DNA of 64,000 nt from Paecilomyces variotii. Taxonomy: Eukaryota. The position numbers were made by a program, and so were the translations under genes. How positions within the stretch are numbered: position 1 is the first letter of the stretch; each line of letters starts with the position of its first letter. Positions 12,429-25,800 of this stretch are shown here, piece by piece. The stretch is from NCBI GenBank assembly GCA_004022145.1, contig RCNU01000010.1; one strand, given 5' to 3'. The notes beneath the pieces were generated by a model that saw only the letters and a program-made list of their open reading frames with translations, searched no databases and was not told where the DNA came from.

Positions 12429-13320
12429 CTTGCGGTGCGCGTGTTCCGGGGTAACTTAGGTATCGCTGGGAACGAATGCGGGGAGTAATTAGACGTAGAA
12501 ACGGACGCGATTTAGTTTACAGTGTCAACCCCGAAGAGGAGAATTTTAATGATGTGTATCTGATAGTTAACTCGAATAGATATTTGGAGAGGTAAGAGAA
12601 TATCATAACCTTCGTCTAGTTTGCGATGATGATGTCTTGGGTGGCCCGCAGATCATTCCGATTGTTCTCCGTTCTCGGCTTGTCTCGGTAAGTAAGGAAG
12701 TCTGCGTGTGTCGATTCTGATAGCCGTACAAACACTGGCCTTATGGTAGAGTGGAACACATGATTTTATAGTAGCTATTGTAGTATTCTTTCCTTTTTCT
12801 TGGTTGCAGGATTATTTAGTTGAAATCTATCGATGCCGTCTAATCACTACTTGATTACTATCGGCTACTCGAAGAGAGCTACGATCGAACAGTACCATTG
12901 CGGGGTGATCACGGTCGAGACTCATTCTGAGACCAATCATAAAACAGATTCCATGAATATGATATGTATTCAATTGTAAAGCTCGTCTTCAGTGTACAAC
13001 ATGAAGTTATCTGTATAGTACATTTTCCTGTAGCTTGTTGATCTCCCTCTCGAATTGCCTTTCCGATTTTATAATAAACACCGTGGCACGCGGGGGTGCA
13101 TTTGCGGGGGAAATGACGGAATACATAGTTACTAACAAGTCTTAAAAATCCTGTTACTGTAGGAGACTGTTCCACGTCTCAGACCAAAGCATCGACGATA
13201 CACTGATATCAATCAAGCAGCTAGTTAAAGTTCGGAAAAGGAAAAGAGTTTAGAATACCTGACTGATTATTCGAATATTTTGAGTGATATTATCTCTCTC
13301 TCTCCACTACTACTACTACT

Positions 13321-14415
13321 ATGGTCCCTCCACCACCAACATATACCCGCGATCAACTCGCACGATATCTCAAACGGATCCGTTATCCCGGATCTAAAGA
13401 CGATGAAGAAGCAAACAGCGCGTTGGTGCATTTGGAGAACGCAATTCAAAACGACCCCTTGAGTGCATTATCCGAGCTGCAGAAACGACATCTAAGCACT
13501 ATCCCCTTTGGCAACTCGGTACTGCATTACTCGCAACATCATACTATTTCTCTCGATCCTCAGGCCCTCTTCCACAAGTTGGTAGAGAGAGAGCTTGATG
13601 GATACTGTATGGAAAATACGGGGCTTTTCTATATTGTCCTGAGATCTCTTGGGTTCAAGGTCTACGCTACAGGTGGGAGAGTCAGTCATTTCATAAGTCG
13701 CAAAGTAGATGATGGGACGTTTGGTGGATTGTGAGTATTTCACTTTCATCTCAGGAGAGAAATGACTAGTCGGGGGAGAAATGCTGATGGTGGTGCTAAA
13801 GTGGTCATATGGTCCTTATTGTCACAATCGGTAGCGGAAAGTATATGGTCGGTTTCATGGCACGTTATTTATGCTGTACGGCTTACTGACGGCGCAATGT
13901 AGGTTGACGTTGGCTTTGGGCCCGCATGTCCGCCTCGACCATTGCCTCTTGAGGCCGACTACACTGCTGTGTCTGTTGCACCCGCAGAATTGCGACTGAT
14001 CAGAGACAGCATACCCGAATTTACAGACGAGAGCCAGAAAGTCTGGATATACCAAGTACGTAGCAGTCCAGAAAAGCCGTGGGCTCCGGCATATTGCTTC
14101 TCGGATATCGAATTCTTACCCCAGGACTTCGCCGTGATGAACTTCAGTACAAGCAAGGGCGAACATAGTCCATTCACGAAGGATCTCATGATTATGAAAA
14201 TGATCCTTGATGACGAGGAAGATGCTCTTATTGGGCAATATACGCTTTCTGGAACCGAAGTTAAGCAGAGAATCGGCGGAGATACTAAGATTGTCGAGAC
14301 GCTGCGGACAGAGCAGGATCGAGTCAATGCGTTGGCGACATGGTTTGGCATGCATCTTCGCGAAGAAGAGATCAATGGGATCCGGGGAATGGTATCAGAG
14401 TTGGTGGAGGCCTGA
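13321..14415 (+). CDS. Arylamine N-acetyltransferase (NAT) family protein; exons 13321-13730, 13802-13847, 13903-14415
   Basis: HLSTIPFGN motif and a catalytic triad spread over the three exons: GYCMEN (Cys), GHMVLIV (His), VDVGFG (Asp). Confidence 0.9.
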
Positions 14416-14546
14416 AAGCTGTATTTTCACTGGAATCTGCTTGGCATATAGTACATTCTCGTTTCTAGAGAACTGGTTGGAATTGTGATATCTGTCTGAA
14501 CAACGGCATAAAAAAGATTGGAAGCGTGAAAAAAGAAGCATGGTCT

Positions 14547-15034
14547 CTAGAAAATTCTCTTCTCCAGCTGTCGGACAGTTAGCACCACCAAACACAAAAA
14601 GGGAATATACTGATCGTTCCATACCTTCCACGGGTTGCTGACTTCGAAACCCTTCGGGGCCTCTGCAACTCCTGACTGCGCTCTCAAGCTTCCTGTGATT
14701 CTGAAGTCTCGTTCTTGCACTGTTCCGCCAATTAGTCACCGCATTTGGGGGCGTAGGTCGGCACATCTCAGATTATCATAACATACTTTGCTGTTGGACG
14801 TTAGTGTATGGCAACCAATGCAATTCGCGGTTCAGAAACTCACCCTGTCCCAAGCATCTCTGTTCCACCTAGCCTTCTTGTGCTCATTCGAGAGGTATTT
14901 CGAGGCAGTGAGACCGGCTCCGGTGATGCCAAACATCTGCGAGAATGAACGCTGCTGGTGGGAATGACGGGAAGAACAGCACCTACAGTGATGATGATCC
15001 CATAGGGGATCAACGCTTCGAAGGGAACACCCAT
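14547..15034 (-). CDS. NDUFA1: NADH:ubiquinone oxidoreductase MWFE subunit (NDUFA1-like); exons 15034-14987, 14936-14844, 14790-14787, 14719-14625, 14567-14547
   Basis: Spliced product MGVPFEALIPYGIIITMFGITGAGLTASKYLSNEHKKARWNRDAWDRQMQERDFRITGSLRAQSGVAEAPKGFEVSNPWKLEKRIF fits the fungal MWFE pattern (PFEAL, D-x-WDRQM-x-x-RD-x-R-x-TG). Confidence 0.88.
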
Positions 15035-15752
15035 TGTGTGCGGTGAGGACGAGGAACGATCTGCTGAATAAATGAGGGTTTCCCCCGTCGACAGTAAAGC
15101 GCAATTGGCAGCTCGAGGCAGACACGGTGCAGTGAGGGGAGCCTTCACTTCAAGCCGTCGTCGAAGTTCGAGGTCGTCGGGAAGCCGCTTGGACGGCCGT
15201 AAACGGTTTAGCCTCGTATTGCCTTGGCATGATCAGTCAGCAACATCCAACGACCTCACCAGAACGAGAAGGGGGTTTCGGTGCAGCGCGCATCGCATTT
15301 GACTGTTCATGAAGGAACTGGCTCTGATCCAGTAACTGTTTTACGCGTCAAGGTACGTATCCGTGTGCGCTTCACCTCCGTTGCCCTGGTGGTGGTGTCG
15401 CTTGTGTCGCTTGTGTCGCTTGCGTCGCCACGCGCATTGTTTGATCTCAAACACCCTTTAAGCGCCTGTTCTAACATCGAGGTATTTGAGCAGATAGCCT
15501 CCTTTCTGCACGCTGATCGCGATTGTGGACGCGATATTCTTACAATATACTCGATTATCGCGTATCCGGGGTCGGCGCGATACTTTGTTTGCCCTTCCCC
15601 CGATGCTCGCCGTACCAGATACCAGGTGATCGCCTGCTGCTTTGAACGGGGAGCCCCCAGAAAACATCACCGTGGGGTTCTTTAGCAAGATCTACAGAGC
15701 GGCTAGTGGAGCTAGGGATACGCTCAAGCTGGCGACGGAAGTGACATACACT

Positions 15753-18700
15753 ATGGCGGCGACTGCGCCGGCCACTTATGATGATGATACCAAATTGGAC
15801 CCGCAGGGCGACGTGGTCGACAGCGACCAAGATGCAGAGGGGGAAGAAGACACGGATCTGTATCAGATGGACCAACAGCTCCAAAACGCCGTCCACAAGG
15901 CAGCCTCGGGACATGACGACGACGATGCTTCTCAGGCGGGGCATCAAGATGATGCGCAAAACGATGAGACGCGAGAGAACAAAGGCAAAGATGTCGCGCG
16001 TCCTCTCCAGGAGGAGGATGACGATGAGGCAGCCCCAGTGGGAGCCGTGAAATTACCCGACGGTCAAGCAAACTCTGACAGCGAAGATGCAGAGTCGGAT
16101 GCTGGAGATGCCGATGCTGCGTTCGAAGACGAAAGCAATGAAGGTAATGGGAAATCGGAGTCTGGGTCTGGCAGCGACGAGTCAGACGCTGAGGAAGAAG
16201 AATGGGAAGCTGAAAGCAATGATGGCGATGATGCAGAAGGCGACAAAACGGGTCGAGGGAACTGCATGTAAGTCTCGTTTTTCCCCTTCTGCTCAGCAAG
16301 CTTACATGCTAATAATGTGCAGATTCTGCGGCCAAGATGAGGAGCATGATCCAGCTGAGGAGTACGAGGAATACTTAACCTGTGCTGTTTGTGGTGATCA
16401 TTGTAAGTTGCTAGCCGGGCCGAGAAAGCTTAGCCCAGTCCGTTTTGGCGATCTTAGCTCACTCCACCCTCCAATAGCGCACCGACAATGTGCCCGAGAA
16501 CAAGATGCCCTCAAGAGCGATGATGGTATGAAAGATTTCTCTCTGATTCGCGTGGAACTTTACACTAACCGTGGTGGCAGATGCGGAAAAATGGAGATGT
16601 CCCAGTTGTGTACAAAACAAGCTGGAACCAGATCCAGGCGACGAGAGTACTCCTCGTCGCAGGTCGGGCTTGCATAACATCACAAAAGAGTTATTGCCTG
16701 CGCATATTGATGCGCAAGATCCTGAGTCGCATTCTATCTTCAACACGGTCATTCTTGATGATCCAACGGGCGGTTCGCGGTCTCTGAGAAAGAGGAAGGC
16801 TTCTTCTGTAGATGTAGAAGAACATGTGCCGGTGCTGCGGAAGCGACAGAGACAGACGCCATCACGATCCATGTCGAGAACCGCAGATGCTGGCCTTGGA
16901 GCGGTGGATGTCGGGGCGGCTGACACTTTGTCTGCAGCACGGACGCGTCTACGGCGTACACGAAAAACTGATAAGGAGCCCTGTCGCGTTGTCCAAAAAT
17001 CTCTGGGGAAGTTGGTTCTCGCTTTTCGTCTCGACGAAGCCAGGGTATCGAGGATTCTCAGCTCTCGACCGAGACCGAAGAACAGGAAACGCAAGCCTCC
17101 CAAGCGAGAGCCGGTAGTGGAACAGCCGCTAAGTCACTTCGCTCCCATAAGCACGACCTACATCTCGCCTTTTTACTCATTCCATGATGGCGAGAATGAC
17201 GACCTGAAATCAAAGCCATATGGGGGAATCTTATCAGAATCCGACGCCGACACGAGTCGAACTCTGCCTACCCAGGCCGACCGAGAGAAATTCGAGCTGG
17301 CTCGACGGAAAGCAGAAGAGGATTGGCAGAAGAAGATCAGGGAAACCGAGCCTATCGAGACAGTTAATCGTGCCCAGGCAAAACTATCAGGACCGCCTAG
17401 CAAGATCAAGTGCATCAATTTCGGCGGTTACGAGATCGAGACCTGGTACGCAGCACCGTATCCCGAAGAATACAGTCGGAACCGGGTGCTTTACATCTGC
17501 GAATTCTGTTTGAAGTATATGAACTCGGACTTTGTCGCCTGGCGCCACAAACTCAAGTGCCCTGCAAAGCATCCTCCCGGCGATGAGATATATCGCGACG
17601 GCTCCATCTCCATCTTCGAGGTGGACGGACGCAAGAATCCGGTGTATTGCCAGAACCTTTGTCTCCTTGCGAAACTTTTCCTTGGATCGAAGACTCTCTA
17701 CTATGATGTGGAACCTTTCCTCTTCTACGTCATGACCGAATATGATGATCTGGGGTGCCACTTTGTCGGGTACTTCAGTAAAGAAAAGCGCCCGAGCTCT
17801 TCCAACAATGTTTCCTGCATCTTAACTCTACCTATCCACCAGCGCAAGGGCTATGGAAATCTTCTCATAGACTTCTCCTATCTTCTCACACGAGTGGAGC
17901 GAAAGACAGGATCTCCAGAGAAGCCTCTTTCCGATATGGGTCTCGTGTCATACCGCAACTACTGGCGTCTGGTTCTTTCATATCAACTACGCAACCAGAA
18001 GACTCCTGTCAGTATCGCTGAACTCTCAGAGCGCACTGGAATGACTCCAGATGACATCGTCTCTGGTCTTGAAGGGCTGCGGGCGCTTGTGAGAGATCCT
18101 GTCACGAAGACCTATGCGCTGCGTCTCAATTACGATTATTTCGAAGAATATATCCGAAGTTGGGAGTCCAAAGGATACGTGCAGCTGAATCCCGACGCTT
18201 TAGTATGGACACCATATATTATGGGACGCAGCAACCAGTCGCACTACGATCGAGCTCCAATCCATACCGTCGCTCAAAGGGATGATGAAGAAGAGCAAGA
18301 GGTAGATGAAGAAAATGCAGCTCGGCCTAGCTCAGCCGGTAAGAATATCAACGGGGAAGTCAATCATGATGCTGGCTCGCGGCCTTCTGGAGACGGTGTT
18401 CAGCGTGCAGATGGCTTGCCATATGAGCCGGCTGGGCCGCCACCGACGGCCGCACTATCATTTGGTGACATCTCTCCGAAGAAACCTAACGGATTGCATC
18501 CTCCTTCAACAACGGGGACGGCGGAGACATCCACGCCAGCCAACCCTGCTGCCGGTATACCGCCCACGAGATTTGAGATCTTCCCACCAATTCAGGGTAT
18601 TCCCCCGAAGAGGCGGCCCGGTCGTCCTTTCGGTAGAAGCTCTTTCAGCAAAGTAACGGCCACACCAACGGCGCTCCGGACCGGTGGCCGAAGCACGCCG

Positions 18701-19216
18701 CGGAGACAAAGTACGTTAGCATCGGGGGACCCTGCGGCTGGTCCCTCTACTGTTAGACGAGGAAGAAGTGCCAAATTATTCGATGCTCTAACGGCCGAGT
18801 CACCAGTTGCCAACGGGAATGGGAAAGCGGATGAGTCAAACGACGGCACAGTCGAACAAGAGGCCGCTCCAGTAGCAGACCAAGATACTGCTGAAGTTCC
18901 AGAAGCGAATAGCACAGAGAACCTCAAGACAACAGAGGAACCAACTGTAGCAAATGGTACTGATGCTCCAGAGGAAAAGGCTGTCAATGGAAGGCTCAAG
19001 AGCCCCAGCAAGAACCCGACGACATTACCTAAGGAAGAGAGCACTGAAGGGACTACGCGTACGACTCGCTCTTTCGACAAGAAACCTATCGGCGCTGTCG
19101 AGAAGATCGAAGTTGTGATATCTTCAGAAGGCGGCGTTGCCAGCAATGATAGCGATGTGGATGCAGAAGGGGAAGATGTCGACGCTGAAGGCGATATTGT
19201 ACTAACAGGACAATAA
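15753..19216 (+). CDS. SAS3: MYST-family histone acetyltransferase, Sas3-like, with N-terminal PHD-type zinc finger; exons 15753-16267, 16323-16402, 16478-16525, 16581-19216
   Basis: MYST core IETWYAAPYPEEY, LYICEFCLKY, HPPGDEIY, LPIHQRKGYG, GSPEKPLSDMG; Cys/His finger CIFC...CAVC..HSHRQC...WRCPSC assembled from the small exons; no chromodomain seen, which argues against Esa1. Confidence 0.9.
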
Positions 19217-19804
19217 ACTCACGGAGGCAGTCGTCTTGCAAATTAGACAGCGACTATCATTAGTTTTTTTTTCTACGAAAAAAGGAGTATCTCGACGGGA
19301 ATGATTCAATGACGGATAATTTACGGGAATGCACGGGTCTTCTTTTCCTTTTCGGTTTGGAGCCCGGCAGAGGATAGGCGTTCGGTTTGTTATTTTCTTC
19401 TACAGCGAACTTGACTTTCATGCGGCATGTTTTATCGTCCTGTTGGAGCTGTATTCCCCCATCAAATCTTTTGGGTTTGCCGCTTAACACCTGTACCTAG
19501 CAGCTGACTTTGCTTTTCAGTTGCTTTCTCTTTCTTTTCGTTTCTCCTCTGTATTGTAACCATTGGCCGTTTCTATTCGTTTCGCAGAGAGGCCATGGCT
19601 TCTCTTGATCATTGTGAGATATCATATGAGCAGAGTTAAGCCGGGCAAAATGTGCAATAATTCATATTATCTCTTAAATCCATTGTCAGTATCCTAAAGA
19701 CGCTTTTCTAGTCAGTAATACGCAATATATTTCCCGGATCTGATGCGACAGTGACTTTGCTTAAGAGTTCTAGATTCTGTCTCCAGGACAGCAAGGTATC
19801 ATAT

Positions 19805-19831
19805 CTTTCTTTCTTTCTTTCTTTCTTTCTT
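19805..19831. repeat. (CTTT)n microsatellite
   Basis: About six to seven tandem CTTT units. Confidence 0.85.
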
Positions 19832-22800
19832 CCTTAATCTATAACCTGATCACTCCTAACTTTCTTCCATTAAAGCCCCCAGTACACGTCTCCTCATCAC
19901 GAGTTAATAAAGCCAATAGGCATATCTAGATCTGATAATCAATCTGTCCCGGGATATTTCATATTATCAAGATGACATAGGACCTATCATTCCCGCTGTC
20001 TATCAAGCACACTTTCCCTCTGGAGAAAAAGAAAAACAAAACAAAACATGACACAATGAATGGTATTTCCTTTTGGGCGGAGTGACATTTTTCTACTTCC
20101 TGGATAAATCGCTAAATTTTACCAAGATAATATCTTTGTTTGTATTAGTTATTATCTCCCCTCTCTCTTCTCCAGGATGGAGATTGTCGTATACGCTGTA
20201 TAAAATAAGAAGATGGGCATGGATGTTTCTTTTTTTTCCCTCTCTTCTTTTCTTTGCTTTCCTGTTTTTCTTTACCAGGTAATACTTACTCTATTTGGCC
20301 AAAGGCTATATACTATCATAGTGACGTCTCATTATCATTGTTATTATCTACTTGGATATAGTAACGCTACTGGCTGTAAGTATGGTAGTGTACTCCGAGT
20401 CTATTATTATTCCTATTACAGTAATGATATAATATAGTGGATGTACCACATTTGGAAATTCTATCCCCCAATTAGAAAAGAACCAGTTGGATATTGAAGT
20501 TTATATTGGAAGATCTCACCTCAATTCAACGAACTCTATCGAGACTCGAAAGGTGAATTATATCTCAACATAAATTGCTCCTATCGTCTAATATGACTGG
20601 TTATATTTGATCTTGGTTCCGCTCTTTCTCTCGACTGAATTCTATTATTCAGAAAGATAAAAAAGCAAGACACAGGACGTTACTACTCGACTGTAGAGCC
20701 CGAATGCCCGAATCATTCTAGATCCTTCGGGGAGTTAATAGAGTTTTCTTCGTCTCCTTTTTCCTAAGAGGTTAGTCTGACTGTCTGGGTTTGTTAATCA
20801 GATTAGAGGTTTTTAGCACGGGGCCAATAAGGATTGGAATAGGCCATACAGATGCAGAGGAGGGGAAAAACTAGAAGGAGGCTAAGCGGAAGGAAAAAAA
20901 TGTGACACCACACCTGACTTCCGGAAGCGGTAAGTGACTGTGGAGCTGGAGAGTGTAGATACCAGTAATCATAAAAGAATAGGTCTAGAGTAGATGCGAA
21001 ATGGAGATGGACGTGTGTGTGGCGCATTTAAAAAATTGTCTCCGGTTCCGGTTGAAATTTTTGGGCCACTTTTGGCTGATGGCATTCGCCAGAGAAGGAA
21101 TAGAGTAGTTAGACAGATTCTTGATCTGCCGATGGTGTACTTTCTGTATAGAGCGATTGGAGTGTCTGATAGGCACAGGCGTAATATTGCAGGAGCGCCT
21201 TTTTTGGACCTATGACGCGGCGCGTCATCCTGGCGATCACTACCTAGGTTTTGCATTGTGTTTCAAAGCCGATTGTTTTAACGGCTATGGGTCCCGGGGA
21301 GCTCTTGCATGGCTTTTTCGTCCATGGTTTGAGAAGAGGGACAATGAGGCTTGTAGAGTCCCTTGAAAACTTTCCAGAGAGACTTCCTCGGTAATCAAAT
21401 CCTTTCTACGTGACGGGCTCGCTGCCGAACAAAATCCACGGAGAAGCGAAAAAAGGACCGCGGGCGGAGCTGAGTTCCTTGGTGCTGTGAGCTGCCAGAA
21501 GGGTCTAAGACATGGGCCATCAGAATGCAACCGTGGATCTTGCTGCATTGGCAAGGACATCGGTTCCGAGTCACGGCAGGATGCACGACGCGGATGAGGC
21601 GTTGGTGATCCATGTGTCGCAGTGCTGTCATTCGCGTGTCGTCGATCTGGGATCCATTGGTGATCCAGTCTCTGAGATAAATCATGTGCTGTTTTGTTCT
21701 CCCTCTTTTGCCCGATTCGACTGATGTTATCTGGGGGTTTGATGGTAGCGAACTATTGCGCGTTGTATTACTGTCTGATCGCTCAGGAGCGCGTCTAGAC
21801 CGTGCAATTCGCGACATTTTCTGGACCCTCAGAGGATCTAGATTCGCGGGGATGACGAAAGATTGTAAGCGCGCAGCCAGTCACGACGCTGCGAGGCATG
21901 TAATTTCCACCAGCTTTCTCTGATGTACCCGCATGGTCCTGTCGCTTACATCTGGGGCCTCCAGGAATGGGTGGAGATCGATATTGGACTTTGATAGACA
22001 ACCTTGGGTTCGTTTGACCGTGGCTTTAGAGAACGGAAGCAGGAACGCCATGCAGCGGAATCCTGCATTAGAGACAACGTGGGATCTGGTCACAGCTGGT
22101 TTAGGAAAGGATTGATGTCCCATGCTGACCAACGTATACATCGACCAGGATCATCCCATCACTCTGATCTTTTGGCCGGAGAAAAACTTACGCCGCGAGC
22201 CACAGCCGCCGGAGATCACGGTGTCAGAGTTTGCAAGCTTTCGGAGAGCCAGAAACAACAACGTCACAGGCGCCATGGATGCGTCTCCCAAACGGTGGCA
22301 ATAGCGAAAGCTGAGGGGAGAAAGTGGTCAACTTGTTCTCATCAGCTCGCTAAGCAAAAGTCAGAATGAAGGACAGCTGACCCCGTAACGAGTGCCAGGG
22401 CAGGCTGATCGCGGTCGTTTCGTCGTCTACAATCCCCTCTCCATGTGCTTTGTTCGACATGAACTATCTCACTTCGGATACCTAGTATCAGGAGCCGCTC
22501 GGCAGGGATTTTCCTCGAGCATTAGCGCTTTCAACCGAGCCTGAGACCAAGGGCGATCCGGCGTTTAATCCCTGGAATCGACATTCGAGCCAAATGCTTA
22601 ATTGACTCGATTCATATCGGGCATGAGAAAGATCAATGCTTCTCTCCTTCAAGTTTTCCTAAGTCGTGTGACTCTCGATGGCCTCTAGATCAGACTCTGT
22701 GGTCGAGACTGATCTGGCTAGGCAATCTGCCCCGGAATTTGAATCCTGAAGATCTACGCTATCCTAGCACGGGCTGTCGGGTGGCCGCGGCTCGGAAACG

Positions 22801-25800
22801 CGCACGGAGCAACTGCAAGGCCAGCACGGTCTAGCGTCCTGCCAGTTCTTGTTCTTGTGTAAACAATGCGTCCCATCTATACGCACAATAGCTGATATCT
22901 AAGCTTGTCTGTGTTTATGTAGCTGGCGATTCCAACGTTAGATATGCCTCTCTATTGGGCTGCAGGGCAGAGTAAGACGATCACCTCTGACCGGTCGTGC
23001 GAAGTCATTAGACAAAAGCACCATTTTCGATGGTCTTCCTACGGAGTGTTTGGCCCGTATGGAGCCCGCATGGAGCCCGCATCTTAACAGTAGCAATAGC
23101 TCACACCTGGCGCTGAACATCATGCCCGGACTTTCCCTGCGTAGTCCTGGAACTATCGCGCATAGTCGGGTGACTTTTATAGTCATGGATGCACTGTCGA
23201 GGGCAGAGAAATTAGCTTCTGAACGCTGAACCGCAGATCTCTTGAGATGACCAGACAATCACACCAGCTAGATGATGGATTGAGATTCGAGAAGCTAGAC
23301 ATCGATCCATGTCCCTGTTATGCCGAGAGAAGATATTGCCGTACTCCCTCGTGAGTTGCAGTCTGGCGGTAAATATAATTAATCGCAAGACCATCGATAG
23401 AACTGTTCTTGTACCTATCCCCCGAAAGAGTATACCCCGAGGTCGTTCAACAACCCCGGCTGCGGCTAGATAATGAGGGGGTCCATTTTCAATGAGCTGC
23501 TCTTAGTACTTAGCTCCGTAGCGGGGGGTTTCAGCTTGCACTGGCGCGAATTGCTCTGGGCCCAAGCTAGTCCATACTCCATAATACTGTCTTGACGCAC
23601 TGGGCCCATATGGTCCTTGCGTTCTTCCCCATCACGATCTCCTTCGACCACGGTCCATCCGACTCCAACGTCACCACTACTGTCAAACAGATGGACCACA
23701 GCGACGACGTTTATTTCCATGTGATGACAGTGCTCCACGAGGATGCTGTCCAGCCCTGCCTCATGCCTCTCCCGCTGGATTCTTGCGATAGGAGGATGCT
23801 TCCAACTCGCGTAGACACCTTGGAAGTGATATGGATCGGCAAGTAAAACGCGAGCCAGTCCGGCGAGGTTCGACAGCCTCTTTGTAGGTACCAGGATCAC
23901 GGTGGTCTAGCGGCGCGTACTGAGCAGCCACAAGCGACTTTGGAGACTCATTCCAGCCGCATGCGCACTGGCCTTTTGCGCGCCCAGCAAGAACGGGCTA
24001 AAAGAGGCAAGTTGGACAGAGCGGACTAAACGAGCAGGGATGGTCCCTGGCCAAGACAGCTTCTGATTGCCAGAAGAAGCACTATGAGGCATTGTTTCTC
24101 ATCATCGATAAGCCTCGATATGGCGTTTGGCGCTGGCTCCGGTGCGGTTATCCCTCCGTCACTCGACCCTGCGCCTGGAACCCTCCAGTTTGAGCAGACT
24201 AGGTAAGCCGTTGCGTCAAGCAAATGGATAGAAGGCGTTCAAGCGGAGCTGCAAGTCTTCTTAAGATCGTGAATCCTGGCCTGTATGCCGGAGGGGTTGA
24301 TGTGATCCATCCAATGGTTTCTGGCTGTTTGTACACGGCGACAGTACCCTACGATATTGCGCCTCTCGATCGTGAGATCTGACGTCTCCAGAGCAGCCGG
24401 CGTAAGAGAGAACTTATCTGCTCCGCCGTGGAGGGGTTTCATAGTGTTCTGTCGAACCTTTTCGCTCCTTTGCCTTTATCTTCTCCTTTGTATTGTTGGG
24501 TTTCCTACTCGAAGCCTGAGACCTCGATTCGAAGGCTGCTTGCAGCGACTCCTGGCACGGAAATTGTACAATCTGGACGTAGCGGTACGGGGAATTATCA
24601 CCATCCAGCAGAAAGTCCTGTGGATATATCTCAAGTGGAGAGAACGACGGGTGGAAAGACGAATTCCTGACGTTGGTGTCAGAACAGTCACGGGCGACCA
24701 GCAGGGGCTGTAGCAAGAACACGGTCCTTGTCTTCCTCAGAACGACGGACAGACATTGCTGATCAGACGAGCTTCTTGTAGCACCCAGACACGAATCGTG
24801 AACTGCCGTGGAGGGTACTGGGGGACGATCCTGTGCAGTCGCAGAGAAGAGTATTGGGGGTTGGGAGTATCCAACACCGAAGTGGGACCGGGAGACCCAA
24901 CCAGGTCGATGTACGCTTCTTTCTGTCAACGACACCACAGTTGGATGGCATAAGGAATCACCTTGCTGCCGGTAAGTTCCTCTCGTTTTCCTTGTTTTCT
25001 TTTTTATTTTCCCCCTAGACAGACGGAAGGGGAGGAAAAGAATCAGACTCGAGTGGGAAAGGTGCTACGAGAGCGGCCGCAGCCGGGGGACGGGCTGTGT
25101 ATATGTACGGTTTTGTTCTGACTGGAATGTTAGACGCGCCCCAGGATACACCAAGATTGCCCTTGCGTCTCCTAGAAGCTTTCTCCGGCGTCTACGCACG
25201 AAATTGCCTGCAGAACCGGGTCCATCTCCGCACTACACGAGGCCCTAAACCGTTGGTGGATTCGGTTTGTTCGGGGGACGACAGCGGGTTGCCGCAAACG
25301 CGGTGGTGGACGCCAACGATAAGTCGATACTAGAGTCTAAGTTAAGTCAATCATTTGAGTTTGGGCAGTGAACCTGCGAACGAACGAGTCGGATAGCGTC
25401 CCTGCGCAGTGCAAGCGCGGAGCAAGAAACGACGGTGGCAGCGAGTACAAGACAAGCACTTAGATACGGATACAAGGCTCCCACCACCAACACTATTGTG
25501 CGCATTATTATCTCTCAGCGGTACCTGCCGGAGCGTCTAAACTGATGAACACCCTAGTGTCTATACCAACCCGTGGTTGAGCTCTTCTTGGGAAGTCCAA
25601 CGTCCGCCGTGCAGTCTCCACCGTCTTGTGCCATTCCCAGGACGGGCAGACGCTTAGAAGTCGCCTGAGGTCTTACACTAAGTACTACTTTACAACAGAC
25701 TTTGTCTTGTCTTCGTCCCGCCATCCAATCTCGCCCTCGTCCCCCTCCGGCGGTCCGCTCATCGCCCAAACCAAACGTCTGTGAATCCCGAATCTTGACG

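Noticed and set aside
9596..14415. Thiolase-aldolase-NAT trio as a secondary-metabolite or xenobiotic gene cluster
   Set aside because: No backbone enzyme, transporter or cluster-specific regulator; flanked by housekeeping genes.
19600..20800. AT-rich tract as a RIP-degraded transposon
   Set aside because: Only moderately AT-rich, with simple repeats and no element ends or coding relics visible.
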